A stretch of 64,000 nucleotides of DNA, from the IMG/VR virus record IMGVR_UViG_3300031992_000019, one strand, 5' to 3'. Positions within the stretch are counted from its first letter, which is position 1. Every line of letters begins with the position of its first letter. The notes beneath the pieces were generated by a model. It did no database searches. It was given only the letters and a program-made list of their open reading frames with translations, and was not told the DNA's origin. Positions 55,816 through 64,000 of the stretch are shown in pieces. The translations under genes were made by a program, and so were the position numbers. This DNA comes from a virus. Its lineage: Duplodnaviria; Caudoviricetes.

Positions 55816-55989
55816 TTATACTCGTTTTACATTGTTATCCTTAATCCATTTTTCAAGGGATTCATTTGTTCTCTTTCTGCTTTTGTAATCTGGACAATAA
55901 CTATACGGCTTTGTGAATTTCATAAGCATATAGCAATATCCGTCAAAATGCTGCCAAAAGCACCTTGTGCAATATCCGTGATTTGCCAT
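55816..55989 (-). CDS. Cys-rich microprotein (57 aa), paralog of 17442-17612
   Basis: MANHGYCTRCFWQHFDGYCYM...SYCPDYK...LEKWIK. Confidence 0.7.
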   Translation of the reverse strand: MANHGYCTRCFWQHFDGYCYMLMKFTKPYSYCPDYKSRKRTNESLEKWIKDNNVKRV

Positions 55990-56177
55990 AGCTTGCTGCT
56001 TTAGGGTGCATAACCTTTATATATCCATATAATATCACCGATTTTCCCAAAAAAACCCAAGTCTTGGTCAACGCGGAACTTCTTTTTTGACAATTTATCT
56101 AATGTTACTTTTGTTTTATTATCTTTTGCCATATTATATCACCTTTAGGGGTCAAATTATTTGGGGTTAGAATTGGT

Positions 56178-56387
56178 CTATGATTTTCGTATCAATGCTG
56201 CTGATGATGAAACTGTTTGTCCATCCTTGATAAGGGAGACAGATTCTATCTCTGGTGACATATTGTATGGGTTAGTTGAAGCATAGTGTTCTTTGTATAT
56301 ACCTATTGCCTCCACAACATCGCTTGCCACTACCAGCCTTCCATTTATTTGATATACCTTTGTTGTACCTATATTTGCCATAGTCAT
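56178..56387 (-). CDS. Hypothetical protein
   Basis: ORF track. Confidence 0.55.
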   Translation of the reverse strand: MTMANIGTTKVYQINGRLVVASDVVEAIGIYKEHYASTNPYNMSPEIESVSLIKDGQTVSSSAALIRKS

Positions 56388-56392
56388 AATTG

Positions 56393-56806
56393 TTAAAGTG
56401 TGATTTCAATTTCCGAACCACATAGCCTTAATGCTGCTTGGAGTATGTGGACATAATGTCTGCAAGGGCTTTGGAAGGTCACCTCTCCATTACTCCAGCC
56501 ATTGTTCCATCGCTCAATAAGCATTGAATCCTTGAAGCGATATTCAAGCCATCCATAATTTTCGATGGCATAGGTTGCACTGCTTAAATCAATGATAAAT
56601 CCGCTTGAACGCATTATATCTTCAGAGATACGAATTGGTTCATAGCAGTCAAGTCCGCGATATACATCTGATTCGTCGGTCTGCACATAATGCTGCCCAT
56701 TCGTTGTCATTATGCCAGTCACGCGGTGTGGCTCTTTTAATATTCTGTTGCCTTCGTCTATCTTTAACAAGACCCAAGCACAAAAAAACAATTCTTGAAT
56801 ATCCAT
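56393..56806 (-). CDS. Hypothetical protein
   Basis: EPI.I.EDIM..SGF...YVHILQ.ALRLCG pattern. Confidence 0.65.
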   Translation of the reverse strand: MDIQELFFCAWVLLKIDEGNRILKEPHRVTGIMTTNGQHYVQTDESDVYRGLDCYEPIRISEDIMRSSGFIIDLSSATYAIENYGWLEYRFKDSMLIERWNNGWSNGEVTFQSPCRHYVHILQAALRLCGSEIEITL

Positions 56807-56839
56807 AGTTTTATTTGTTTTGGTTTCACCCTTGCTGCT

Positions 56840-57244
56840 TTAGGTAGCTAATTGGTCTGGAGAATCTTGGCTGGATCCGTCGGCCGGGATGGGGTTGATG
56901 TCCGCACAGCGCATGCCTTCGTTGAAAGCCTTCTTCGCGTGCTTGTGGGCGTGGTGAAGGGCGGACTTGATCTCGGTCTCACTGGAACCGGCTGCCGTCA
57001 TGGCTTCTCTTATCGCCGTGCGAAGGCCTTCCAGGTATTTCTGTCTCCACTTGCGGCGGGCTCTCTTCGCCATGTCGGCCACTGAGGTCGGGTGGCTGCA
57101 CGTGACGATCTGCTCCTGCTGGTCTTCTCTGAGGTGGTGCTTGCATTCGTTACATACCCACGAACCAACCGTGCAGTCTTTGCCGAACGGACAGGGGGTC
57201 AGGAACTCGTTCCCTTCTTCTTTGTATTCGTACTTGATCTTCAT
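56840..57244 (-). CDS. Cys-motif protein (CP...VGS..CxxC...C family) with helical extension
   Basis: MKIKYEY...LTPCPFG...VGSWVCNEC...VTCSH. Confidence 0.6.
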   Translation of the reverse strand: MKIKYEYKEEGNEFLTPCPFGKDCTVGSWVCNECKHHLREDQQEQIVTCSHPTSVADMAKRARRKWRQKYLEGLRTAIREAMTAAGSSETEIKSALHHAHKHAKKAFNEGMRCADINPIPADGSSQDSPDQLAT

Positions 57245-57255
57245 GGCTGCGGGGG

Positions 57256-57609
57256 TTAGAATGGCTCGTTGTCTTCCTGTGTGGGATAAGGTGGCATCTC
57301 GGGAGAGGTGGACATCCAGAGCTCGATGAATCGGGGCTCCTCTTCCCATGTGGGAGGCTCCATCGCTGTGAGCATGAACTTGGGGACAAGAGCAACTTCG
57401 CTGCCGTCAGCTCCTTCCCATATTCCCAGCTCGTAGTTGCGGGAAGGTTTAAGGTCGTAGAGAAACACGTCGCCGTTGCGGTCGGTGGCGATGTAGCCGA
57501 TGAAGACGGTGGTGGCACGGTTGACACGATGGGCGAGTAGGCCGATAACGATGAGGAGGGCGAGTGCCAGGAGGGCGAGGCCGATCCAAAGAATTGCGGT
57601 GGGGACCAT
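57256..57609 (-). CDS. Membrane-anchored hypothetical protein
   Basis: N-terminal TM; YIATD.NG..FLY..KP...TWEEEP. Confidence 0.6.
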   Translation of the reverse strand: MVPTAILWIGLALLALALLIVIGLLAHRVNRATTVFIGYIATDRNGDVFLYDLKPSRNYELGIWEGADGSEVALVPKFMLTAMEPPTWEEEPRFIELWMSTSPEMPPYPTQEDNEPF

Positions 57610-57663
57610 AGTTTTTTTTGATGTTAAAGGGTTATTATTTGGGTTTGTTAATAAGTTATGTCG

Positions 57664-60600
57664 TTAGAAGGGGGTCCCGCTGTCGGGGTCGTGATATCCA
57701 TCGTCGGGTGGCAGGATCGTCTCTGGAGGGAGCGGTGGCATCATGCCAACCATGGAGGAGTCGGTGAAGCTGCCGCCATCGGTGGGAGACTGAGGAACCT
57801 GGAGGGGCGCTGTGCCCTGGATCTCCTCGGGTTCCGGTGCATCGTCGGCGACACGTTGGCGCTTCTGCTCGAAGTACTGGATGAGGGCGTCGCGGTCGTT
57901 GACCAGGATGACCACCTCGACCACTCCGTCGTAGCCTTCCATGCGGGCGTTGCGGACGTTGTTGAAGCGGACGTTGGGCGATGTCTTTCGGTTGCAGAGT
58001 TCCTTGGGGTTGAAGTCGAGGTCGTAGTAGTTGGCGAAGTGACGGAGCTTCTGCATGAAGGTCTGAGAGCTGAGCGTCTCGCATCCGCGCACCTGACGGG
58101 CGAGTTCCTGGATATCGCGGCGGACGACTTCGCAGTTGAGGTGTGGAGGGATGGCAGGCTGCTCCGGAACCTGCCCGTGGGCTGGAATCTTCTCACGTCC
58201 GAAGAAGTAGTCCTTGGCCCAGTCGTGGAAGGGCTTGCCCATGGCATCGAGGTCGGCACGCTTCATGATGTTCTGCATCGGTGGCGTGAACTTCGGGCCG
58301 AAGATCTCGGAGAGCCGGAGGTAGTCCTGGCAGCAGTCGATGGCGAAGTTGAAGTCGGCATTCCAGTCGGCCTCGGTGTACTCCTCATCGTGCAGCTCCA
58401 TGTCGAAGTCGTCGTGGATGTTCCAGCGCTCCTCCCCTGTCTCGGGCTGTTCGCCGTGGTAGTAGTCGCTCTGGATCTCCGGAAGGATACGCTCCATGGT
58501 GGATGGCGAGAAGTCGGGCATGACGTAGTTGGACGAAAGCATGAACTTGGGGGTCTCGGATGCGGTCAGCTCGAACGACTCCTTGTTCTTTCGGTTTACG
58601 GTCATCGTGCCGGTGATCTGCGAGTAGAGGGAGGTCAGCTTGAAGTCCTTGCCACAGTCGTCGAAGTAGCAGATGTCGGTGTCGCGGGTCACTCGCTCCC
58701 ACTGGAACGAGCCGAAGAGGTTCTTCACGTCGCGGCCGTCGAAGCGGACCACCTTGCGCCCGCATTGGGTGATGAAGTTCGAGATGAACGACTTGCCGGA
58801 GCGTCCGTTGCATCGCCCCTCCTCGTCGATCTTGTTGTCGAGGAACATCATGGCGACGCTACGGCTGGCCACCTTGCGGCGGTAGAGCATGTAGCCGGTG
58901 CCGAAGACCTTGGCGACGTAGGTGTCGATCTGCTCCTGACGCTCGTGCTCGAAGAGGGCGGGTCCCTGCACGGTGAAGCGGTTGGCGGCTCGGTAGGCCT
59001 TGGCACCTTCGGGGTCGTTGTCCCATCGTGTCTGCAGCTCTTCACGCCAGTAGAGGCGGGACGAGTTGAGGTAGACGCCCTGGACGTTGCTCTGAGGCCA
59101 TGGCTGGCCGTCGCGCTCCTTGTAATTAACCTGCAGGTTAACCTTGCGGTGGCCGTCGGGAGTGGTGACGACCTCGATGTCGTGCGAACGGCGAAGGCGA
59201 CGGAAGGGGTGCTTGATGATCTTGTCGGCCCAGACGTAGTAGCCAGAGGGATGGCTGTCCAGGCCACGGACCTCGACCTTGTCCTTCGAGACCTCGACGA
59301 GGCAGTTCGAGAAGAAGAAGATCTGAGACGTGGGGGTGCAATCGACCATGTTGAACTTCCGGATGGAGATGCCCTGCACGTCGGGGTCCTTGAGTCGCTT
59401 GACCTTGTTACGGATGGGCTTGGGGCAATAGTTGGCGGGATCCTGGCACCAGCGATTGAGGAAGGCAAGCATCTGGGTGGTGGAGCTCTCCTCGATGATG
59501 TAGCCGTGGACCTTGACCACCTGGTCGGGATCGACCGTGCCGTCGTCGAAGCGGCAGTAGCCGTTGAGTTCGAGGAAGTAGTGCAGCTGCTCCATGTCGA
59601 GCTCGTACTTGATACCCTTCTTCTCGTCTTCCTTCTCCTGCCAGAAGCGGGAGGGCAGCGCCTTGTCCAGGAGCCCCTCGAACCAGCCCCTGACAGGGTG
59701 CAGCTCCATGGCGTCGCGGAGGTCCTTCGACATCTTGTGGCGGTCGTTGATGCCTTCCATACGTCCCCAGTGGAGCCACGCGGTCTTCACCTTCGGGTAC
59801 TGCAGGGCGAGAGCAGCACCGCGGTCGCGGCCTGTGCCGTCGATGTCGGGGATGGAGTAGATGGTCTCGGCGATGGCCTCCAGCTGCTTCATCTCGGACG
59901 GCTTGATGTCGATGGTCTCGCTGTTGAACCACACGGGGTGGTAGCCCATGTAGGCAGCCACGAGGGAGTCACGCTCGCCGCAGCAGATGAGCAGCTCGGG
60001 GAGCTTGACGGTGTCGGGCTCCACATCCTTGGAACATCCGCGACGCATGGCCTGGAGTGCATCCTTGGCTTCGTCGAGGCCGTTGATGTAGCTCTCCGGC
60101 TTGATGCCCGTGGGATAGTACTGGAACTTCGGCTCACGGGTCTCCTTCCCATCCTTTGTGACCCACGAGGCCGGCTGGGCCTTGTAGATCTTGACGAACG
60201 GCTGGCCTTCGGCCGTGCGGCATTCGCGGTAGAAGACCATGTAGTCGCGCGAACAGGGCGAAATGACGGTGGTACACGTTCCATCAGCCTTGGGGTGACC
60301 CGTTGTGGCTATGGATTCGCACGAATGCCAGTGCAGGGCCTTGACCGTCTCCTGAGCCTTCTGGAGGCCGGCTGTGGTGTTGACCATGGGGCCGAAGAGG
60401 AACAGGAGCTCGTCGGTGGTCATCTCGGGCCGTGTGCCGAACTTGATGGAGCCGGGGGCCTCGTCCTTCTGGGCGGGTCGGAACACCTTCTTCGGGCCGG
60501 TGTCGCGCGGGCCGTCGGCGATGATGTAGCCCATGTAGCGGCAGAGGGCCTTGAGGTTGTCGTAGTAGGTGTCGGTGCGGTCGCTTAGATTCTGCTCACG

Positions 60601-60843
60601 GATGAACAGCGCCCACCATGAGAGGCCGTTCTCGCCTCCGTGATCCTTGAAGTACCACTCACCGTTCTGCCCGCGGTAGAGGTAGCAGGAGGCGTTCTTG
60701 TCGTCGTAGAACGGCGAACGGAACGGCTTGGAGTTCTTGTGCGTCTGGCAGTAGGAGGCCACGTCCTGCGAGAGCCCGAGGAGCTTGACCAGAACGTCGA
60801 GGCCGTTGCCTGAGCGTTGGAGTATATCTTCTTTGGAGACCAT
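57664..60843 (-). CDS. Primase-helicase (TOPRIM plus P-loop)
   Basis: SPFYDDKNASC...FKDHG, ICCGERDS, PDIDGTG, KDLRD, NGRSGKS, CYFDD, LSSNY. Confidence 0.85.
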   Translation of the reverse strand: MVSKEDILQRSGNGLDVLVKLLGLSQDVASYCQTHKNSKPFRSPFYDDKNASCYLYRGQNGEWYFKDHGGENGLSWWALFIREQNLSDRTDTYYDNLKALCRYMGYIIADGPRDTGPKKVFRPAQKDEAPGSIKFGTRPEMTTDELLFLFGPMVNTTAGLQKAQETVKALHWHSCESIATTGHPKADGTCTTVISPCSRDYMVFYRECRTAEGQPFVKIYKAQPASWVTKDGKETREPKFQYYPTGIKPESYINGLDEAKDALQAMRRGCSKDVEPDTVKLPELLICCGERDSLVAAYMGYHPVWFNSETIDIKPSEMKQLEAIAETIYSIPDIDGTGRDRGAALALQYPKVKTAWLHWGRMEGINDRHKMSKDLRDAMELHPVRGWFEGLLDKALPSRFWQEKEDEKKGIKYELDMEQLHYFLELNGYCRFDDGTVDPDQVVKVHGYIIEESSTTQMLAFLNRWCQDPANYCPKPIRNKVKRLKDPDVQGISIRKFNMVDCTPTSQIFFFSNCLVEVSKDKVEVRGLDSHPSGYYVWADKIIKHPFRRLRRSHDIEVVTTPDGHRKVNLQVNYKERDGQPWPQSNVQGVYLNSSRLYWREELQTRWDNDPEGAKAYRAANRFTVQGPALFEHERQEQIDTYVAKVFGTGYMLYRRKVASRSVAMMFLDNKIDEEGRCNGRSGKSFISNFITQCGRKVVRFDGRDVKNLFGSFQWERVTRDTDICYFDDCGKDFKLTSLYSQITGTMTVNRKNKESFELTASETPKFMLSSNYVMPDFSPSTMERILPEIQSDYYHGEQPETGEERWNIHDDFDMELHDEEYTEADWNADFNFAIDCCQDYLRLSEIFGPKFTPPMQNIMKRADLDAMGKPFHDWAKDYFFGREKIPAHGQVPEQPAIPPHLNCEVVRRDIQELARQVRGCETLSSQTFMQKLRHFANYYDLDFNPKELCNRKTSPNVRFNNVRNARMEGYDGVVEVVILVNDRDALIQYFEQKRQRVADDAPEPEEIQGTAPLQVPQSPTDGGSFTDSSMVGMMPPLPPETILPPDDGYHDPDSGTPF

Positions 60844-60880
60844 TTCTTGCTGTAGGTAATGTTACGGATTTACGGGCGTG

Positions 60881-61486
60881 TCAGTTCCAGGGGAGGTCGT
60901 CGATGGGCCCCTGCTGATTGAGGCGTGAGACCATCGGGTTGCGCTTGCGTTCGCGGCCTCTCCACTCGTAGAACGAGGTGATGAAGGCATCGGCAGCGTG
61001 GTGGGCGCATGGCATGTAGATGGCATCGTCGAGGCGCTCCATGCTCCCGGTCTGGAACTGGCAGAACCCGAGCGACTCGCTCAGCTCGACCACGGCGATG
61101 CCCTGGGCCTTGGCGAAGGCCACCTCGGCCAGACAGCCGCGCGACGACTCCCATCCGTCGAGAACCACGACGAGGTTGGCCTGGCTGATGACGTGCAGAT
61201 CTTCGAGCAGGTAATCGACATCGGAGAGGCGGCGGGGCGTGGCGTAGGCGGGGTTGAACATCGCGGCACGCCTGGCCTCGGCCTTGACAGCTTCATTGAG
61301 ACGGATGGCAGCGTCGAGCGGAGACATGACGTTGATGGCACAGTTGCCGCCACCGTATTGCTCGGCCCATAGCTTGCGGAAGCCTGCGTTGAGCACTTCC
61401 TGGATGTAGTTCTTGGCACGTTCGGCGCGGTCGCGGGTGTCGGCCTCAGAGTGGCCGTGCATCGGGAGGGATATGTAGATGATCAT
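60881..61486 (-). CDS. DUF4406 / nucleoside 2-deoxyribosyltransferase-like protein
   Basis: IYISLPMHG...DL..I..A..V..LDGWESSRGCLAE. Confidence 0.8.
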   Translation of the reverse strand: MIIYISLPMHGHSEADTRDRAERAKNYIQEVLNAGFRKLWAEQYGGGNCAINVMSPLDAAIRLNEAVKAEARRAAMFNPAYATPRRLSDVDYLLEDLHVISQANLVVVLDGWESSRGCLAEVAFAKAQGIAVVELSESLGFCQFQTGSMERLDDAIYMPCAHHAADAFITSFYEWRGRERKRNPMVSRLNQQGPIDDLPWN

Positions 61487-61841
61487 GATGAAAGTCGGGT
61501 GTTTGGGTGTCTGCGGATGAAGATCGACGAGGCGAGGAGCGGAGCGAGGGTTTTGAAACCCCTGGATTTGCAATTTTTGAAAAATGAGCTTTGCGTAAAA
61601 AAAATGATTTCTATATGTATTTATATAGGTACAAAACAATGGCAAATGTTTGTGCCTTGATTCACGATTTCGCTCCGCTCCTCCAATCGTCCCTGTCATT
61701 TCTTCATGGGCAAACGGGTGTTAAAGGGTTAAACAATAGGGTTAACTATTCGCTCAAATAAAACACTTAGGGTCGGGATAAAAGCCGCCGCCTGGCTCAC
61801 GCCTGTCGGCGGTGAAATACTTTATAATGATTCAGGATATG

Positions 61842-62348
61842 CTATGTGTTGAACGAGCCGCTACGACCACGCTCGAAGAAGTCGATGATATCCTTGTAGG
61901 GCTCGAGGTGCATGCGGCGCTGCACGACGTTGATGATGCCAAGCTCCTCGAGGTGGATGGTGCTGTTGTCGATGCCGTTGGCGTCGCGGGCTTCGATGAA
62001 CGAGCTGACCGACATCCTGGAGAGCTGCTCGGTGAACATGTCGCGGATGAAGGTGAGCTGGTCGTCGGAGAAGAGCTGCTCGGTGTCGTACTCGAGGGAG
62101 ATGTGGTACTGGATGACAGCGTGGCCACCGTCGAACTCGTCGTCGGCCTGCATCTCCTTGCGGAACGACTTGAGGCTTGGCTCGTCGATGGTCTGACGCC
62201 ATCCGCGGGCGAGGTGGCCGTTCTTCTCGGGGTTGAACCACTCCCAGAGCTGGGCGAGGTTCTCGAAGGTCTTGACGTCGGCAGCCTCGACGATGGGCTT
62301 GCCCACGTTGGGCACCAGGCGCTTGATGCGGAAAACAAAAAGATTCAT
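61842..62348 (-). CDS. Hypothetical protein
   Basis: Start MNLFVF; codon usage matches the right-hand block. Confidence 0.55.
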   Translation of the reverse strand: MNLFVFRIKRLVPNVGKPIVEAADVKTFENLAQLWEWFNPEKNGHLARGWRQTIDEPSLKSFRKEMQADDEFDGGHAVIQYHISLEYDTEQLFSDDQLTFIRDMFTEQLSRMSVSSFIEARDANGIDNSTIHLEELGIINVVQRRMHLEPYKDIIDFFERGRSGSFNT

Positions 62349-62563
62349 GGGGTTGATGGTTTTGTGTACTTGGTGTGGTATTCCCTGGTTAAAAATACAT
62401 AAGTGTCCGGACGATAGCGGAAGTGAGTGCAGCAGCTCTTCTTCGGCATTGTTTGAAAATGTAGCGTGCAATACACCACGCCATGGCCGGACGTCGGGGC
62501 CGAATGCTTGCAGTGCTGGCAGCGCATCCGTCGGATCCACTCGAACTCATTGGCCGTCGGCAT
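62345..62563 (-). CDS. Cys-rich microprotein
   Basis: CQHCKH...YC...CC.HF. Confidence 0.55.
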   Translation of the reverse strand: MPTANEFEWIRRMRCQHCKHSAPTSGHGVVYCTLHFQTMPKKSCCTHFRYRPDTYVFLTREYHTKYTKPSTP

Positions 62564-62957
62564 TGGGGGACATCTCCTTCTCCTTGGCCAGGATGCGGCG
62601 CTTCGTGGCAAGCTCCTGCATGAAGCCCTCGATCATGTCCATGTACTGCTGTTCACTCTCGGGGCCGAAGATTTCCTCGATCCAGTGGCCGACGGAGGCG
62701 ATCATCATCGAGCAGACCTCCTTGTTGCGTGTCATTATTCCGGCGATCATCTGGATGACCTGGCCAACTTTCTCATGGTCGGGACAGGAACAGGCCACGC
62801 TGACGGCCTTGCCATCCTGTGGAGGCTCTGAACCGAAGAGGACCAGCAGGTGGTCGGGGTAGCATTCATCGGTGGTCTCAGCGAACTGACGGCAGGCCGT
62901 GATGAAGAACGACGGCTCAGTCGGCTTTGCCTTCTCGGCTTTCTTCTTTCTACTCAT
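62547..62957 (-). CDS. Hypothetical protein
   Basis: Start MSRKKK, 4-nt overlap with the upstream stop. Confidence 0.55.
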   Translation of the reverse strand: MSRKKKAEKAKPTEPSFFITACRQFAETTDECYPDHLLVLFGSEPPQDGKAVSVACSCPDHEKVGQVIQMIAGIMTRNKEVCSMMIASVGHWIEEIFGPESEQQYMDMIEGFMQELATKRRILAKEKEMSPNADGQ

Positions 62958-63247
62958 AGTCTTTGCATTTTGAATGTTATGGGTTCTTGTTGTAGTCCGT
63001 GGTGGATGCAGTAGTGGCGGTAGGAGTTGGCCAGCCGGATGACGAGGGGCCGCTCGTCGCATCGGCACTGCCACCAGGGGTAGGATAGGATCTCGTCGGC
63101 CGACATCTCACAGCCCCACCATTGGGAGCGATGGGCCTTGAGGAAGTCGAGCAGCTCGGATCGGTGGCGGGCGATGGCCGGGCGGTCGCTCCATCGGACG
63201 ATGTAGGTCTCAACATACGCCTTGAGAGTTATGTCCACCGTTTTCAT
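62954..63247 (-). CDS. Hypothetical protein
   Basis: ORF track. Confidence 0.5.
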   Translation of the reverse strand: MKTVDITLKAYVETYIVRWSDRPAIARHRSELLDFLKAHRSQWWGCEMSADEILSYPWWQCRCDERPLVIRLANSYRHYCIHHGLQQEPITFKMQRL

Positions 63248-63726
63248 AGTGTTTATGGCCTACGACGATACAGAGGGCGAGGGAACCGAGGCCAAGCCAG
63301 AACGTGGCGTTCCAGCAGAGGGCCACGAGCGAGGCGACGAGCCAGGCGAGGAGGAGGAAGGGTGTGCGGTTCATAGCAGGTAGTCGTCGCCTTCGTACAT
63401 GTTTCCGAGTTCGCTGGTCGGGTCAATCCACACTGCAATGTGAAGGAGACCGAGGACTATGATAAGCAGTCCCAGGCAGAGCCATTCTCTAATTTTTTTC
63501 ATAGATCTAAATTTTTTTTAAGGGTTGATATTTGGGTTTGTTTAGTTTCACCTTAATCCCGACAGGCCTCGGTCCTCCCCGCAATTTTGCAAAATAACCA
63601 AAATTCGACGATTGCGTGTTAATAATAGGGGTTAACTTGGGAGGGCCTTGCCCGTCTCCGTCTTACTTCATAGGCCGTGGGGTTTTGGGTTGATAATTTT
63701 GGGTTAAAACACTATTTGGCACCAAG

Positions 63727-63850
63727 TGGTGCAGCCGTGGCGTGAGATTGTCCTGCTTGTGACCGTCTGGTGCAGCCGTGGCGTGAGATTGTCCTGCTTC
63801 GTACCGAGGAGAGCAGCACCCATCGTGAGATCGTACTACTTCGTACCGAG
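63727..63850. repeat. ~41-bp-period tandem repeat (two exact 32-bp copies plus a degenerate third)
   Basis: TGGTGCAGCCGTGGCGTGAGATTGTCCTGCTT at 63727 and 63768. Confidence 0.8.
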
Positions 63851-64000
63851 TGGAGCAATCTTGCCGCAAGATTCAGGCACTCGAACGCTGGGAACCGAAG
63901 CACAGCGTGAGGAAGGCCTCCGAGAACCGGGTGGCAGCATATCGGGCCGTGTCTGCGTCGCGGAAGGCGAGGGCGATGGGATATTGTCCCTGCATCAGAC

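Noticed and set aside
57658-60588. 976-aa plus-strand ORF
   Set aside because: Antisense shadow of the primase-helicase caused by GC-rich codon bias; no motifs
57620-63710. Recurrent AAACCCAAAT/AACCC tracts before right-block genes
   Set aside because: Consistent with A/C-rich translation-initiation regions of Bacteroidetes rather than a distinct element
63727-63850. CRISPR array
   Set aside because: Only 9 nt between repeats, too short for spacers
1-64000. tRNA/rRNA genes
   Set aside because: No cloverleaf or rRNA-like sequence recognised by eye; tRNAscan not run

Overview
Positions 1 to about 56.8 kb read as a Bacteroidales (Prevotella/Bacteroides-like) temperate siphophage, almost all on the minus strand. 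From left to right: recombination/replication genes (C5-MTase fragment, VRR-NUC, DHFR, NinB-like, SSB, exonuclease, ERF); a genetic switch, repressor, apparently intact attP and tyrosine integrase; two basic proteins flanked by inverted repeats; an accessory region full of Cys-rich microproteins; lysis genes; a conserved-looking cassette of unknown function (19-22 kb); tail fibres, tail tip, tape measure, tail and capsid genes; a non-coding twin-repeat RNA locus; amidoligase plus glutamine amidotransferase; more accessory genes. From about 56.8 kb the DNA becomes abruptly GC-richer, with frequent GATC/CCGG, and carries a primase-helicase module, probably from another element or a chimeric join. 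The most striking signals are non-coding: (i) three promoter classes: an early class with a TTGGATAATCCAA palindrome and shared leader, an ECF-like (G/A)TAAA-N17-CGTT class, and a late class with a GCAC-N11-GTGC operator 42-44 bp upstream of the -7 box at seven promoters; (ii) a promoter- and terminator-bounded ~250-nt twin-repeat RNA with segments complementary to the early leaders; (iii) a covarying 31-nt hairpin repeated in the early region. All calls come from reading motifs by eye; no database search or computation was run.
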